From: Squalus acanthias
Lineage: Eukaryota
Reading direction: 5' to 3'
NCBI GenBank assembly: GCA_030390025.1
Contig: CM059432.1
Span: 128,280,001-128,344,000, forward strand
DNA length: 64,000 nt
Shown here: positions 38,480 through 50,471 of the stretch, one piece after another
Numbering within the stretch: the stretch's first letter is position 1
Layout: the number at the start of each line of letters is the position of its first letter
Notes under the pieces: generated by a model
What the model was told of the DNA's origin: nothing
The model's database searches: none
What the model saw: the letters and a program-made list of their open reading frames with translations, nothing else
Position numbers and translations under genes: made by a program

Positions 38480-38795
38480 TCTCCTTGTTGCTGATCAAGT
38501 GGAACAGTGGCCATTTTTCTTCCTGCCAGTGAAAATAATTTTGGATGCTGGAACTCCATCTATTCCCAAACCTTTATTATGGACCACTTTATGCTTTGCC
38601 AACCATTTTATATCACTGAGACAATTCCTGCTCCCCTTGGAAATTACTTTTTGGGAAATATCTGCTAAGGTCATTTTGATATCTGCCTTTTGACTTTTTT
38701 TTAATCCCATAATTGCTTCTTCTGTTTCCATACATTCTTCAACTAAAATACCAAGCTCATTGTTTAAGCCTTTTGTCGGATTCTCCGCACCATTT
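38480..38795 (-). pseudogene. Second Myb/SANT-like (Harbinger-associated) relic
   Basis: NELGILVEEC...IMG.KK...DISQKV.S.GSR...SDIKWLAKHKV resembles Myb_DNA-bind_5; the start is frameshifted. Confidence 0.45.
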
Positions 38796-40514
38796 TACTT
38801 CTGTTATCACCAGAGGAAATAAAGTCTGAGTCATCACCAAAGGCAAATGGTTGATTTCCTGCTGTTAAACAGTTTAATCTGCATGATTGCATTTAATATT
38901 ATACTGCATTCTTTAACTTGCTATGAGGAAAATTAAGATTAAAAAAAATAATATTTGTGCATTAGCAATCTTCTGGTAATTGTGAGTAATGACCCTGCAC
39001 TTAGGGCCCCACACAGGACAGTTACGCCCATAATCATTATTTCTGGTGCTTCAGCTTCAACTGTGAATGTTAATTCAGCTCCCTCACATTTTCTGCACGA
39101 GTAACTGTCAGTAACTCTTTGAAGACCGTTTTCTCAATGATGTCAGTAGCATTCACAGTTTGAACCAACAACATTCAAATAAATCAACTGAAGAATAAAA
39201 ATTAACAAAACCACCTTAAAGTTAATGGTAATTCTTATAAATTTTGTGGGTTTATTTTAAGTGGACTGATGTTATCAGTTCCATCTGTAGTTCTCACATG
39301 GAAAACTGTCACTTTATTTAGCACCTAACGCAACACTTAACCTAACATGTCCAGTATGAAGAATGGAAATAGTGAGTTCATGTGGGTGGGATGGCATTGA
39401 TAGAGTTGAATGTTATTGTAAACAGAATTTTTACAGAAATGCAGTTCAAACTGACCACACTTGTATTGGCTTGGTACTTTTTCACTAGATGCAAATATTT
39501 AAAGTGTTTGCTCCTTGAGAAGCAATTCTACCTTCTGAATCCTGTTACTTTGGTCAATAATTTCAGTTTAACCATTTTCTACATTGTTGTCATTTCTATT
39601 AAATAATTTCAATTTACATAATTTAGATCAATGTCATGTTTTGTCCCATTCTCTTCTGAGGGGAGAGATTTCCTCAGTGCATGGTATACAAAAAAAGTCA
39701 TAAACCCATTCTTTATACACATGTTTTTGTTATGCATACAGAGGGAATCTTCCTCCTCCCTCCCAGGTTGTCAGTAGGGGGTGTCACTGAACTGGGTTAG
39801 GAAATAAATATGCATGAATTCGTGGATCCTGGTCTAACTTTGCCAATTAGTGTTAATAATTGTTAGAACCATCAGATATCTGTGGATATTTTGTTCAAAA
39901 TCCTTAGAAATTTTGCTCTAAACACTGTAGAAATCCTTAGAGCTGATGTGATTGTGAGATAGGGTCTTGGATTCTCAGGGAACAGTCTCTCACTCTCCTC
40001 TCCTCTCCTCTCTCTGACTCCAGGTATTCTGATGGTGGTTTTTCTTCCTGAAAGTCTCTCCCTCAATCCCAGCCCTGTTCAGACTGTGGGCCAAAAAAAA
40101 GGTTGAGGCCCATTTTCGGGTGTAGAAGGGCCAGCGCACTCCCAGCACATGCCAGAAGCAGGAAGCTTGCCCAAAATTAGGCCTCAAGCCTCGATATTAC
40201 TTATGAGTTGCAGGCGCCTATCACGCCTTCAGAGACAGCTCGCTCAGTGGCAGCGGCCTTCAGGTATTCAGGCAGGGATCCTCAAATAGGCATTCGGCCT
40301 CTGATTTGAAAATGTTTCAGGCGGGCACGAGGGACGCCTGGAAAGCCACATTTACCAACATGGCGGCATCCCTAATGCAGTCACAGATCGGATGTGGGAC
40401 ATTGAGCCCATAATTGTTCCATTTCAGAGAAATTAAGAGCCAATTACTCAAATTTTGGGATAGATGAGCAGACAGACAAAAACAATGTTCATTTGTAATT
40501 TCCAGTGACTAATT

Positions 40515-43500
40515 CACTGGAAGAAGCACTGAGGGTAGCAAGGATACTGAAGTCCCCCACCCAGAGTACATTCTATGTCTATCGCCAAGAGTGGCTCAGC
40601 ACCACTACTGACCGAGCTGGCCGAATCCTGAAGGACATAGCTGCCAGACTAGGCCTGCGGCAGGAGGTGAGAGAACCAACACGAGGGAAAAACCTACTTG
40701 ACCTTATCCTCATTAATCTATTGTCGCAAATGCATCTGTCCTGTCCATGACAGGAGTGACCACCGCACAGTCCTTGTAGAGACAAAATCACGTTTTCACA
40801 CTGAGGACACCCTCCATCATGTTGTGTGGCACTACCACCGTGCTAAATGGGATAGATTCAGAACAGATCTAGCAGCTCAAAACTGGGCATCCATGAGGCA
40901 CTGTGGGCCATCAGCAGCAGCAAAATTGTATTCCACCACAATCTGTAACCTCATAGCCAGGCATTCCCTCACTCTACCATTACCATTAAGCTAGGGGACC
41001 AACCCTGGTTCAATAAGGAGTGTAGAAGAGCATGCCAGGAGCAGCACCAGGCATACCTAAAAATGAGGTGCCAACCTGATGAAGCTACAACACAGGACTA
41101 CATGCACGCTAAACAGCAAAAGCAACATGCTATAGACAGAGCCAAGCGATCCCACAACCAACAGATCAGATCAAAGCTCTGCAGTCCTGCCACATCTAGT
41201 CGTGAATGGTGGTGGACAATTAAACAACTAACAGGAGGAGGCTGCATGAACATCCCCATCCTCAATGATGGCGGAGCCCAGCACGTAAGTGCAAAAGACA
41301 AGGCTGAAGCGTTTGCAACCATCTTCAGCCAGAAGTGCCGAGTGGATGATCCATCTCGGCCTCCTCCTGAGGTCCCCACCATCACAGAAGCCAGTCTTCA
41401 GCCAATGTGATTCACTCCACGCACTGGATACCGCAAAGGCTATGGGCCCCGACAACATCCCAGCTGTACTGTTGAAGACTTGTGCTCCAGAATTAGCCGC
41501 ACCTTTAGCCAAGCTGTTCTAGTACAACTACAACATTGGCATCTACCCGACCAATGTGGAAAATTGCCCAGATATGCCCTGTCCATAAAAAGGACAAATC
41601 CAATCCAGCCAATTACTGCCCCATCAGCCTACTCTCAAATCATCAGCAAAGTGATGGAATGTGTCGTCGACAGTGCTATTAAGTGGCACTTACTCACTAA
41701 TAATCTGCTCACCAATGCTCAGTTTGGGTTCCGCCAGGATCACTCGGGCCCAGACCACATTACAGTCTTGGTCCAAACGTGGACAAAAGAGCTGAATTCT
41801 CGAGGTGAGGTGAGAGTGACTGCCCTTGACATCAAGGCAGGATTTGACCGAGTGTGGCATCAAGGAGCCCTAGTCAAATTGAAGTCAATGGGAATCAGGG
41901 GGAAAACTCTTCACTGGCTGGAGTCATACCTAGCACAAAGGAAGATGGTTGTTGGAACCAATCATCACAGACCCAGGACATTGCTGCAGGAATTTCTCAG
42001 GACAGTGTCCTGGGCCCAAACATCTTCAGTTGCTTCATCCAAGACCTTCCCTCCATCATAAGGTCAGAAGTGGGGATGTTCGCTGATGATTGCACAGTGT
42101 TCAGTTCCTTTCGCAACGCCACAGATAATGAAGCAGTCTGTTCCTGCATACAGCAAGACCTGGACAACATTCAAGCTTGGGCTGATAAATGGCAAGTAAC
42201 ATTTGTGCCACATAAGTGCCAGACAATGACCAAAGAGTCTAGCCACCTCCCCATAACATTCAACGGGATTACCATCGCCGAATCCCCTACCATCAACATC
42301 CTGGACGGGGGGTGGGGTCACCATTGACCAGAAACTTAACTGGACCAGCCACATAAATACTGTGGCTACAAGAGCAGGTCAGAGGCTGGGTATTCTGTGG
42401 CAAATGACTCACCTCCTGACTCCCCAAAGCTTTTCTACCATCTACAAGGCTCAGGTGTGTGATGGAATACTCTCCACTTACCTGGATGGGTGCAGCTCCA
42501 ATAACACTCAAGAAGCTCAACACCATCCAGGACAAAGCAGCATGCTTGATTGGCACCCCATCCACCACCTTAAACAACAACAACAAATTGTATTTATACA
42601 GCGCCTTTAACATAGTAAAACGTCCCAAGGCGCTTCACAGGTGTGTTATAAAACAAAATTTGACACTGAGCCACATAAGAAGAAATTAGGGCAGGTGACT
42701 AAAAGCTTGGTCAAAGAGGTAGGTTTTAAGAAGCGTCTTAAAGGAGGAAAGAGAGGTAGAGAGGCGGAGAAGTTTAGGAAGGGAATTCCAGAGCTCAGGA
42801 CCTAGGCAGCTGAAGGCACAACCACCAATGGTTGAGTGATTAAAATCAGTGATGCTCAAGAGGGCAGAATTGGAGGAGCGCAGATATCTTGGCGGGGTTG
42901 TAGGGCTAGAAGAGATTACAGAGATAGGGAGGGGCGAGGCCAGGGAGGGATTTGAAAACAAGGATGAGAATTTTAAAATCAAGGTGTTGCTTAACCGGGA
43001 ACCAATGTAGGTCAGCAATCACAGGGGTGATGGGTGAACGGGACTTGGTGCGAGTTAGGACACGGGCAGCCGAGTTTTGGATGACCTCAGGTTTATATAG
43101 GGTAGAATGTGGGAGGCCAGAATGGAGTGCGTTGGAATCGTCAAGTCTAAAGGTAACAAAGGCATGGATGAGGGTTTCAGCAGCAGATAAGCTGAGACGG
43201 GGCAGAGACGGGCGTTGTTACGGAGGTGGAAATAGGCAGTCTTAGTTATGGCGTGGATATGTGGTCGGAAGCTCATTTCAGGGTCAAATATGATACCAAG
43301 GTTGCAAACAGTCTGGTTCCGCCTCAGACAGAGGCTCAGGAGAAGGATGGAGTCGGTGGCTAGGGAACGGAGAACGTGGCGGGGACCGAAGATTGTGGCT
43401 TCGGTCTTCCCAATATGTAATTGGAAGAAATTTCTGCTTATCCAGTACTCAGACAAGCAGTCTGACCATTTAGAGACCGTGGAGGGGTCGAAAGAAGAGG

Positions 43501-44170
43501 TAGTGAGGTCGGAGGGGTCAAGGGTTGGTTTTTTGAGGAGAGGGGTGATGACGGCAGATTTGAAGGAGAGGGGGACAGTACCTGAGGAGAGAGAATGGTT
43601 AACAATATCAGCCAGCATGGGAGCCAAAAAAGGATGTTGGATTGTCAGCAGTTTAGTGGGAATAGGGTCGAGGGAGCAGGAAATGGGTCTCATGGACAAG
43701 ATGAGCGCGGAGAGGGCATTAGGGGAGATCAGAGAAAAACTGGAGAAAGATGCGAGTTCAGGGCTAGGGCATTCACTCCCTCCACCACTGGCGCACCGTG
43801 GCTACAGTGTGTACCATCTACAAGATGCACTGCAGCAATTTGCCAAGGCTTCTTCGACAGCACCTCCCAAACCCACGACCTCTATCACATAGAAGGACAA
43901 GGGCAGCAGGCGCATGGGAGAACCACCACGTGCAAGTTCCCCGCCAAGTGACACACCATCCTGACTTTGAAATATATCTCCGTTCCTTCATCGTCATTGG
44001 GTCAAAATCCTGGAACTCCCTCCCTAATAGCACAGTGGGAGTACCTTCACCTCACAGACTGCACCAGTTCAAGGCGGCGGCTCACCATCACCTTCTCAAG
44101 GGCAAATAGGGATGGGCAATAAATGCTGGCCTTGCCTGCGACGCCCACATCCCATGAATGAATAAAAAAA
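40515..44170 (+). mobile_element. CR1-group LINE 'family B', split by an L2
   Basis: REPTRGKNLLDL, SDHRTVLV, DIKAGFDRVWHQG and FADD motifs; resumes at 43770 (cattcactccc); tail ...cccatgaatgaataaaaaaa. Confidence 0.9.
42573..43769 (-). mobile_element. L2 LINE with internal deletion
   Basis: CSLDPIPTKLL...FKSAVITPLLKKPTLDPS and GGCAFSCLGPELWNSLP..FKTLLKTYLF motifs; (AAC)n tail. Confidence 0.9.
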
Positions 44171-44372
44171 ACCCTCCAAACTGGAGTTAGCCATAATAAT
44201 TTTAATAATCCAATAGCTCTATAAATGTGCTTCCAAGAGTATATTCCACACAAATTGCTTGCTCCTCAGCAATTGTACAATAACAAGTAAATGATGGTGT
44301 TGAAGGCGGGAAGAGGAGAGGAACTGCCAATATAAATACCCTCCATGAATCACTTGGCAATCGCTGAAAGGT

Positions 44373-44826
44373 GAAGAAAGAATTTGCATTTATACAGTGC
44401 CTTTCATGACCTCCGGATGTCCCATAGTGCTGCACAGCCAATGACATACTTTTGAAGCGTAGCCACTGTTGTAATGTAGGGGCACGCAGCAGCCAATTTA
44501 TGTACTGCAAGGTTCCATAAACCGAAATGAGATAGATGACCAGATAATCTGTTTTAGTGATGTTGGTTATGGAATAAATATTTGTGAAAACACTGGGAGA
44601 ACTCCCCTGCTCCTCTTCAAATAGTGCAATGGGACCTTTTACATCCACTCTAGGAGACAGAAGGGGCCTTGGTTTAACAGTTCATCTGAAAGATGGCACC
44701 TCTGACAGTGCAGTTCTTCAGCACTGCACTGAATTGTCAGCCTAGATTCTGTGCTCAATCACTGGAGTGGAGCTTGAATCCATGACCTTCTGACTCAGAG
44801 GCATGAGTGATAGCACTGAGCCAATA
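44373..44826 (-). mobile_element. Older full-length Deu-SINE copy
   Basis: Diverged reverse complement of 32000-32470, including the tRNA head. Confidence 0.85.
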
Positions 44827-45031
44827 GTACCTAAACTCTTTACATTTAGAAGATAACTCCTCAATTCAAATGATAGTGTCAGCTACCTAAGTATGTGTGT
44901 GCCATCACTTTTGTATTTGTATATATATACAAACATAAACATAGAAACATAGAAGATAGGAGCAGGAGTAGGCCATTCGGCTCCTCGAGCCTGCTCCGCC
45001 ATTCGATGAGATCATGGCTGATCATCCAAAC

Positions 45032-47728
45032 TCAGTACCCTGTACCTGCCTTCTCCCCATATCCCTTGATACCTTTAGCTTTAAGAAATATATCTAACTC
45101 ATTCTTGAATATATTTAATGACTTGGCCTCAACTACCTTCTGTGGTAGAGAATTCCACAGGTTCACCACTCTCTGGGTGAAGAAATTCTTCCTCATTTCT
45201 GTCCTAAATGGCTTACCCCTTATCCTTAGATTATGACCCCTGGTTCTGGACTCTCCGACCATCGGGAACATTCTTCCTGCATCTAGTTTGTCCAGACCTG
45301 TCAGAATTTTATATGTTTCGATGAGATCCCCTCTCATTCTTCTATACTCCAGCAAGTATAAGCCCAATCGACCCAATCTCTCCTCATATGTCATTCCTGC
45401 CATCCCAGGTATCAGCCTTGTGAATCTTCGCTGAACTCCTTCCATGGCAAGAACATCCTTCCTCAGATAAGGCGACCAAAACTGCACACAGTACTCAAGG
45501 TGTGTTCTCACCAAGGCCCTGTACAACTGCAGCAGGACATCCCTGTTCCTATACTCAAACCCTTTCGCTATGACGGCCAACATACCATTTGCCTTCTTCA
45601 CCGCCTGCTGCACCTGCATGCTTACCTTCAGCGACTGGTGCACAAGGACACCCAGGTCTCGTTGCACTTCCCCTTCTCCCAATCTATTGCCATTCAGATA
45701 ATAGTCTGCCTTTCTGTTTTTGACACCAAAGTGGATAACCTCGCATTTATCCACGTTATATTGTATCTGCCACGCTTCTGCCCACTCATCCAACCTGTCC
45801 AAATCATCCTGGAGTTTCTCAGTATCCTCCTCGCAGCACACACGCCCACCCAGCTTTGTGTCATCTGCAAACTTGGAGATATTACATCTAGTTCCCTTAT
45901 CTAGATCATTAATGTATATTGTGAATAGCTGGGGTCCAAGGACCGATCCCTGTGGTACCCCACTAGTCACTGCCTGCCACTCGGAAAAAGACCCATTAAT
46001 TCCTACTCTCTGCTTTCTGTCCGCCAACCAGTTCTCTATCCAAGTCAATACCTTGCCCCCAATCCCACGTGCCTTAACTTTACACGCTAATCTCTTATGC
46101 AGGACCTTATCGAAAGCCTTTTGAAAGTCCAAATATACCACATCTACTGGTTCTCCCTTATCTATTTTCCCAGTTACATCCTCAAAACATTCCAGTAGAT
46201 TAGTCAAGCACAATTTACCTTTTGTAAATCCATGTTGACTTTGTCCGATCCTGTCACTGTTTTTCAAGTGCTCAGCTATTACATCCTTTATAATGGACTC
46301 TAGCATTTTCCCCACTACCGATGTCAGGCTTACCAGTCTGTAATTCCCCGCTTTCTCTCTACCACCCTTTTTGAATAGTGGGGTAACATTAGCTACCCTC
46401 CAATCCATGGGTACAGTTCCAGATTCCATTGAATGTTGGAAGATGATCAGCAATGCATTTACTATTTCTAGGGCCACTTCCTTAAGTACCCTAGGATGTA
46501 GATTATCAGGCCCTGGGGATTTATCGGCCTTCAATCCCGTCAATTTCCCTAACACCATTTCCCTGCAAATACTGATTTCTTTTAGTTCCTCCCCTTCATC
46601 AGACCCTATGTTCTCCAACATCTCTGGGAGGTTATTTGTGTCCTCCTTTGTGAAGACAGAACCAAAATATGCATTTAATTGGTCTGCCATTTCTTTGTTC
46701 CCCATTATAACTTCCCCCGCTTCTGACCGCAAGGGACCTACACTTGATTTCACTAATCTTTTTCTCTTCACATATCTATAAAAGCTCTTACAGTCAGTTT
46801 TTATGTTCCCTGCAAGCTTACTTTCATATTCTATTTTCCCCTTCTTAATTAATCCCTTTGTCCTCCTTTGTTGAATCCTAAACTGCTCCCAATCCTCAGG
46901 GTTACCGCTTTTTCTGGCCAATTTATATGCCCTCTCCTTGGATCTTATGCTATCCCTAATTTCCCTTGTTAGCCACGGTTGAGTCACCCTTTTTGTTTTA
47001 TTCTTATGCCACACTGGGATGAACAAATTCTGTAGTTCATCCATGCAGTCTTTGAATGTTTGCCATTGCCTATCCACCGTCAACCCTTTGAGTGACATTC
47101 CCCAATCAATCCTACCCAATTCGCGCCTCATATCATCGTAGTTTCCTTTATTTAAATTCAGGACCCTAGTCTCTGATTCAACTACTTCACTCTCCATCCT
47201 AATGAAGAATTCTATCATATTATGATTACTCTGACCCAAGGGGCCTCGTACAACAAGATTGCTAATTAATCCTTTCTCGTTACATAATACCCAGTCTAAG
47301 ATGGCCTGATCTCTGGTTGGTTCCTCGACATATTGTTCCAGAAAACCATCCCGTAAACATTCTAGGAATTCCTCCTCCACAGTATTTTTACTAATTTGGT
47401 TAGCCCAATCTATATGTAAATTAAAGTCACCCATGATGACTGCTGTGCCCTTACTGCATGCTTCTCTAATTTCCCTTTCAATGCTGTCCCCAACCTCCAT
47501 ATTACTGTTTGGAGGTCTATATACCACTCCCACTAACGTTTTCTGCCCCTTGTTATTTCTCAGTTCTACCCATACAGATTCCGCATCATCAGAGCTAATA
47601 TCCTTCCTTTCAATTGTGTTAATCCCCTCTTTAACCAGCAATGCTACCCCACCTCCCTTACTTTTTTGCCTATCTTTCCTAAATATTGAATACCCCTGGA
47701 TGTTGAGTTCCCAGCCTTGTAATCCCAA
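45032..47728 (-). CDS. CR1 ORF2 endonuclease/reverse transcriptase, 898-aa open stretch (N-terminus frameshifted at ~47725)
   Basis: [34 protein letters not shown] and KFADDTKL motifs; the upstream frame carries LNARSIWNKVDEL. Confidence 0.9.
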   Translation of the reverse strand: MGLQGWELNIQGYSIFRKDRQKSKGGGVALLVKEGINTIERKDISSDDAESVWVELRNNKGQKTLVGVVYRPPNSNMEVGDSIEREIREACSKGTAVIMGDFNLHIDWANQISKNTVEEEFLECLRDGFLEQYVEEPTRDQAILDWVLCNEKGLISNLVVRGPLGQSNHNMIEFFIRMESEVVESETRVLNLNKGNYDDMRRELGRIDWGMSLKGLTVDRQWQTFKDCMDELQNLFIPVWHKNKTKRVTQPWLTREIRDSIRSKERAYKLARKSGNPEDWEQFRIQQRRTKGLIKKGKIEYESKLAGNIKTDCKSFYRYVKRKRLVKSSVGPLRSEAGEVIMGNKEMADQLNAYFGSVFTKEDTNNLPEMLENIGSDEGEELKEISICREMVLGKLTGLKADKSPGPDNLHPRVLKEVALEIVNALLIIFQHSMESGTVPMDWRVANVTPLFKKGGREKAGNYRLVSLTSVVGKMLESIIKDVIAEHLKNSDRIGQSQHGFTKGKLCLTNLLECFEDVTGKIDKGEPVDVVYLDFQKAFDKVLHKRLACKVKARGIGGKVLTWIENWLADRKQRVGINGSFSEWQAVTSGVPQGSVLGPQLFTIYINDLDKGTRCNISKFADDTKLGGRVCCEEDTEKLQDDLDRLDEWAEAWQIQYNVDKCEVIHFGVKNRKADYYLNGNRLGEGEVQRDLGVLVHQSLKVSMQVQQAVKKANGMLAVIAKGFEYRNRDVLLQLYRALVRTHLEYCVQFWSPYLRKDVLAMEGVQRRFTRLIPGMAGMTYEERLGRLGLYLLEYRRMRGDLIETYKILTGLDKLDAGRMFPMVGESRTRGHNLRIRGKPFRTEMRKNFFTQRVVNLWNSLPQKVVEAKSLNIFKNELDIFLKAKGIKGYGEKAGTGY

Positions 47729-49035
47729 TCAAATCGTATTCATTTACCTCTATTTGCGCAGCTAATTCATCCACCTTGTTCCAAATGCTCCTTGCATTAA
47801 GACACAAAGCCTTCAGGCTTGTTTTTTTAACGCTCTCAGACCTATATGAATTATTATTTACTGTGACCAGGTTGGATTTAAACCGTTGAGTTCTTTGCCT
47901 TCTACTTTTGTTGTTCTCCTTCCTGTCTTTTGCTTTTATCCTTGTTTCCCTTTCCTCTGTCTCCCTGCTCAAGTTCCCAACCCCCTGCCACTTTAGTTTA
48001 AACCCTCCCCAACAGCACTAGCAAACACTCCCCCCAGGACATCGGTCCCGGCCCTGCCCAGGTGCAGACCGTCCCGTTTGTACTGGTCCCACCTCCCCCA
48101 GAACCGGTTCCAATGTCGAAGGAATTTGAATCCCTCCCCCTTGCACCATTCCTCTAGCCACGTATTCATTTGAAATATCCTCCTATTTCTACTCTGACTA
48201 GCACGTGGCACTGGTAGCAATCCTGAGATTACTACCTTTGAGGTCCTATTTTTTAATTTACCTCCTAACTCCCTATATTCTGCTTTTAGGACCTCATCCC
48301 GTTTTTTTACCTATATCGTTGATGCCTATGTGCACCACGACAACTGGTTGTTCGCCCTCCCCCTCCAAAATGTTCTGTAGCCGCTCCGAGACGTCCTTGA
48401 CCCTTGCACCAGGGAGGCAACACACCATCCTGGAGTCTCGTTTGTGGCCGCAGAAACGCCTATCTATTCCCCTTACAATTGAGTCCCCTATCCCTATAGC
48501 TCTTCCACACTTTTTCCTCCCAGCCTGTGCAGCAGAGCCACCCATGGTGCCAGGAAGTTGGCTGCTGCTGCCTTCCCCTGATAAGTCATCCCCCCCAACA
48601 GTATCCAAAGTGGTATATCTGTTTGAGAGGGGGATGGCCACAGGGGACCCTTGCACTACCTGCCTGCACCTCTTACTCTGCCTGGTGGTCACCCATTCAC
48701 TTCCTGCCTGTACACCCTTTACCTGCGGTGTGACCAACTCGCTAAACGTGCTATCCACAATGTTCTCAGCGTCGCGAATGCTCCAATATGCATCCATCCG
48801 CAGCTCCAGCGCCGCAATGCGGTCTATCAGTAGCTGCAGCTGGATACACTTCCCACACACATGGTCGTCAGGGACACAGGAAGCGTCCCTGATTTCCCAC
48901 ATATAGCAGGAGGAGCATATTACGGGGCGGAGCTCTCCTGCCATGACTTACCCTTTAATTAATTAATTAAAATTAAATTAAATGAATCCGAACAATTTCA
49001 CTTCAATTAAATGATATACTCAAGGGCCCTTTCCT

Positions 49036-49336
49036 GACACTGGCCTCTGTAAAAAGCCCACGAAAGTGAGTTTAAATACTCACCGTGCTGCTGCTCTTTC
49101 CACTCCCGACACTGGCCTCTGTAAAAAAGCCCACGAAAGTGAGTTTAAATACTCACTGTGCTGCTGCTCTCTCCGCTCCCGACACTGGCCTCTGTAAAAA
49201 AGCCCGCGAAAGTGAGTTTAAATACTCACTGTGCTGCTGCTCTCTCTGCTCCCGCCACTGGCCTCTGGAAAAAAGCCCGCGAAAGTGAGTTTAAATACTC
49301 ACTGTGCTGCTGCTCTCTCCACTCCCGACACTGGCC
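49036..49336. repeat. 73-bp tandem repeat (4 units plus partial) in the CR1 5' UTR
   Basis: Unit starts at 49036, 49108, 49181, 49254 and 49327. Confidence 0.95.
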
Positions 49337-50471
49337 ATAATACACAACATACAACAATATACAACAAACTGCTCTTAATTGAACAAGCACTGAAATTTGA
49401 TGACTTTGTCAACCCCTGGGAAGACATGTGGAACTCCTGGTGTCCAGGGACCCCGATTTGATAACTTATGTGCAAAACTAAAAGCAAAAGCATTATGCAG
49501 CATCTCGAAGGCTGGCAACCCTTTCAAAGATTAAGAAAAATGTAACTATAGAGATTTATTTTTGAACTTGCGTGTAAAAGGATAAACAGAAAGTGAAGTT
49601 CCAAAAAGAATTAATTTTGACATGCAATATGGACAAAAAAATGTCAATATGTTGGCGACTTTCATCTTGCCTACTGTTCTGTGGAACTCTGGGTAAAGGT
49701 ATCAGTGCTGAGAAGCTGTTCAGGGGCTCCCCCATAAGATATTTTAACAACAGTGACACTTAAGCAACCTTAACATTCCTTTAAGCTGGTCAGCTGCCGT
49801 CTCATGGGAAGTCTGAATGGCAACAACTGTGAGATGAGGAGAGTGTCTGGAAATTTGTGAGTCCAGTGACCAAGATACTCAGTGAGTCAACTTTCTGGAA
49901 CATTTGTGCTCAGATGGTTGGCATATTTGTATGTATCTGTTGTCGGATATTATCCGTCTGGGCGAAGGCAGTCTGGATTGCAGCCTGAAGTTCCTTTTGC
50001 AGTAACCCAATACTGTATCCTCCTTCTGTTGTCATGGCTTATCACAGACAGGTGTCTCGTTATGGAAGGAAGTTGGTGGTCGGGGTTGGAGGCTGATCTG
50101 ATCCACACCCTCGTCCAAAACCACAATGATCTTGAAGCATCCCATGCAAAACATTAAGCTGTCTTTTCTCTTTCATGCCTACTTCTGGCATTCTCTGTTT
50201 TTATTTTAGACTTATACCATTTCCATTTTTTTTATTTTGGATCCCCACTCTGGTGGGTTCCTATAAGTCTCTGGTGATTGTGATACTGAAAGTCAGCCAG
50301 CATCTGTGTGGATTTCAAAAAACAACTATAGTGAAAGCTCATAAGCAGACCATATACCTTAACCTGTGCCTTTTACTCTTTCACACTGAGTTAATGTAGC
50401 CCAGGTCTAACAATTAACCCTGATCATGATCAATTGTTTATTGGAGGACATGTGGGATACTCACATACCTT

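Larger units (their letters stand above)
44931..49336 (-). mobile_element. Full-length young CR1 LINE
   Basis: 5' UTR repeats; ORF1 48944-47993 (CSSC..CGKC, GDS/GxND esterase; one frameshift); ORF2; (ttctatgt)n tail. Confidence 0.96.

Noticed and set aside
40060..40430. GC-richer patch resembling a MITE (also ~20495-20860)
   Set aside because: I could not define TIRs or a TSD by eye.
45500..47765. Plus-strand ORFs of 110-136 aa
   Set aside because: Antisense shadows of the CR1 ORF2.
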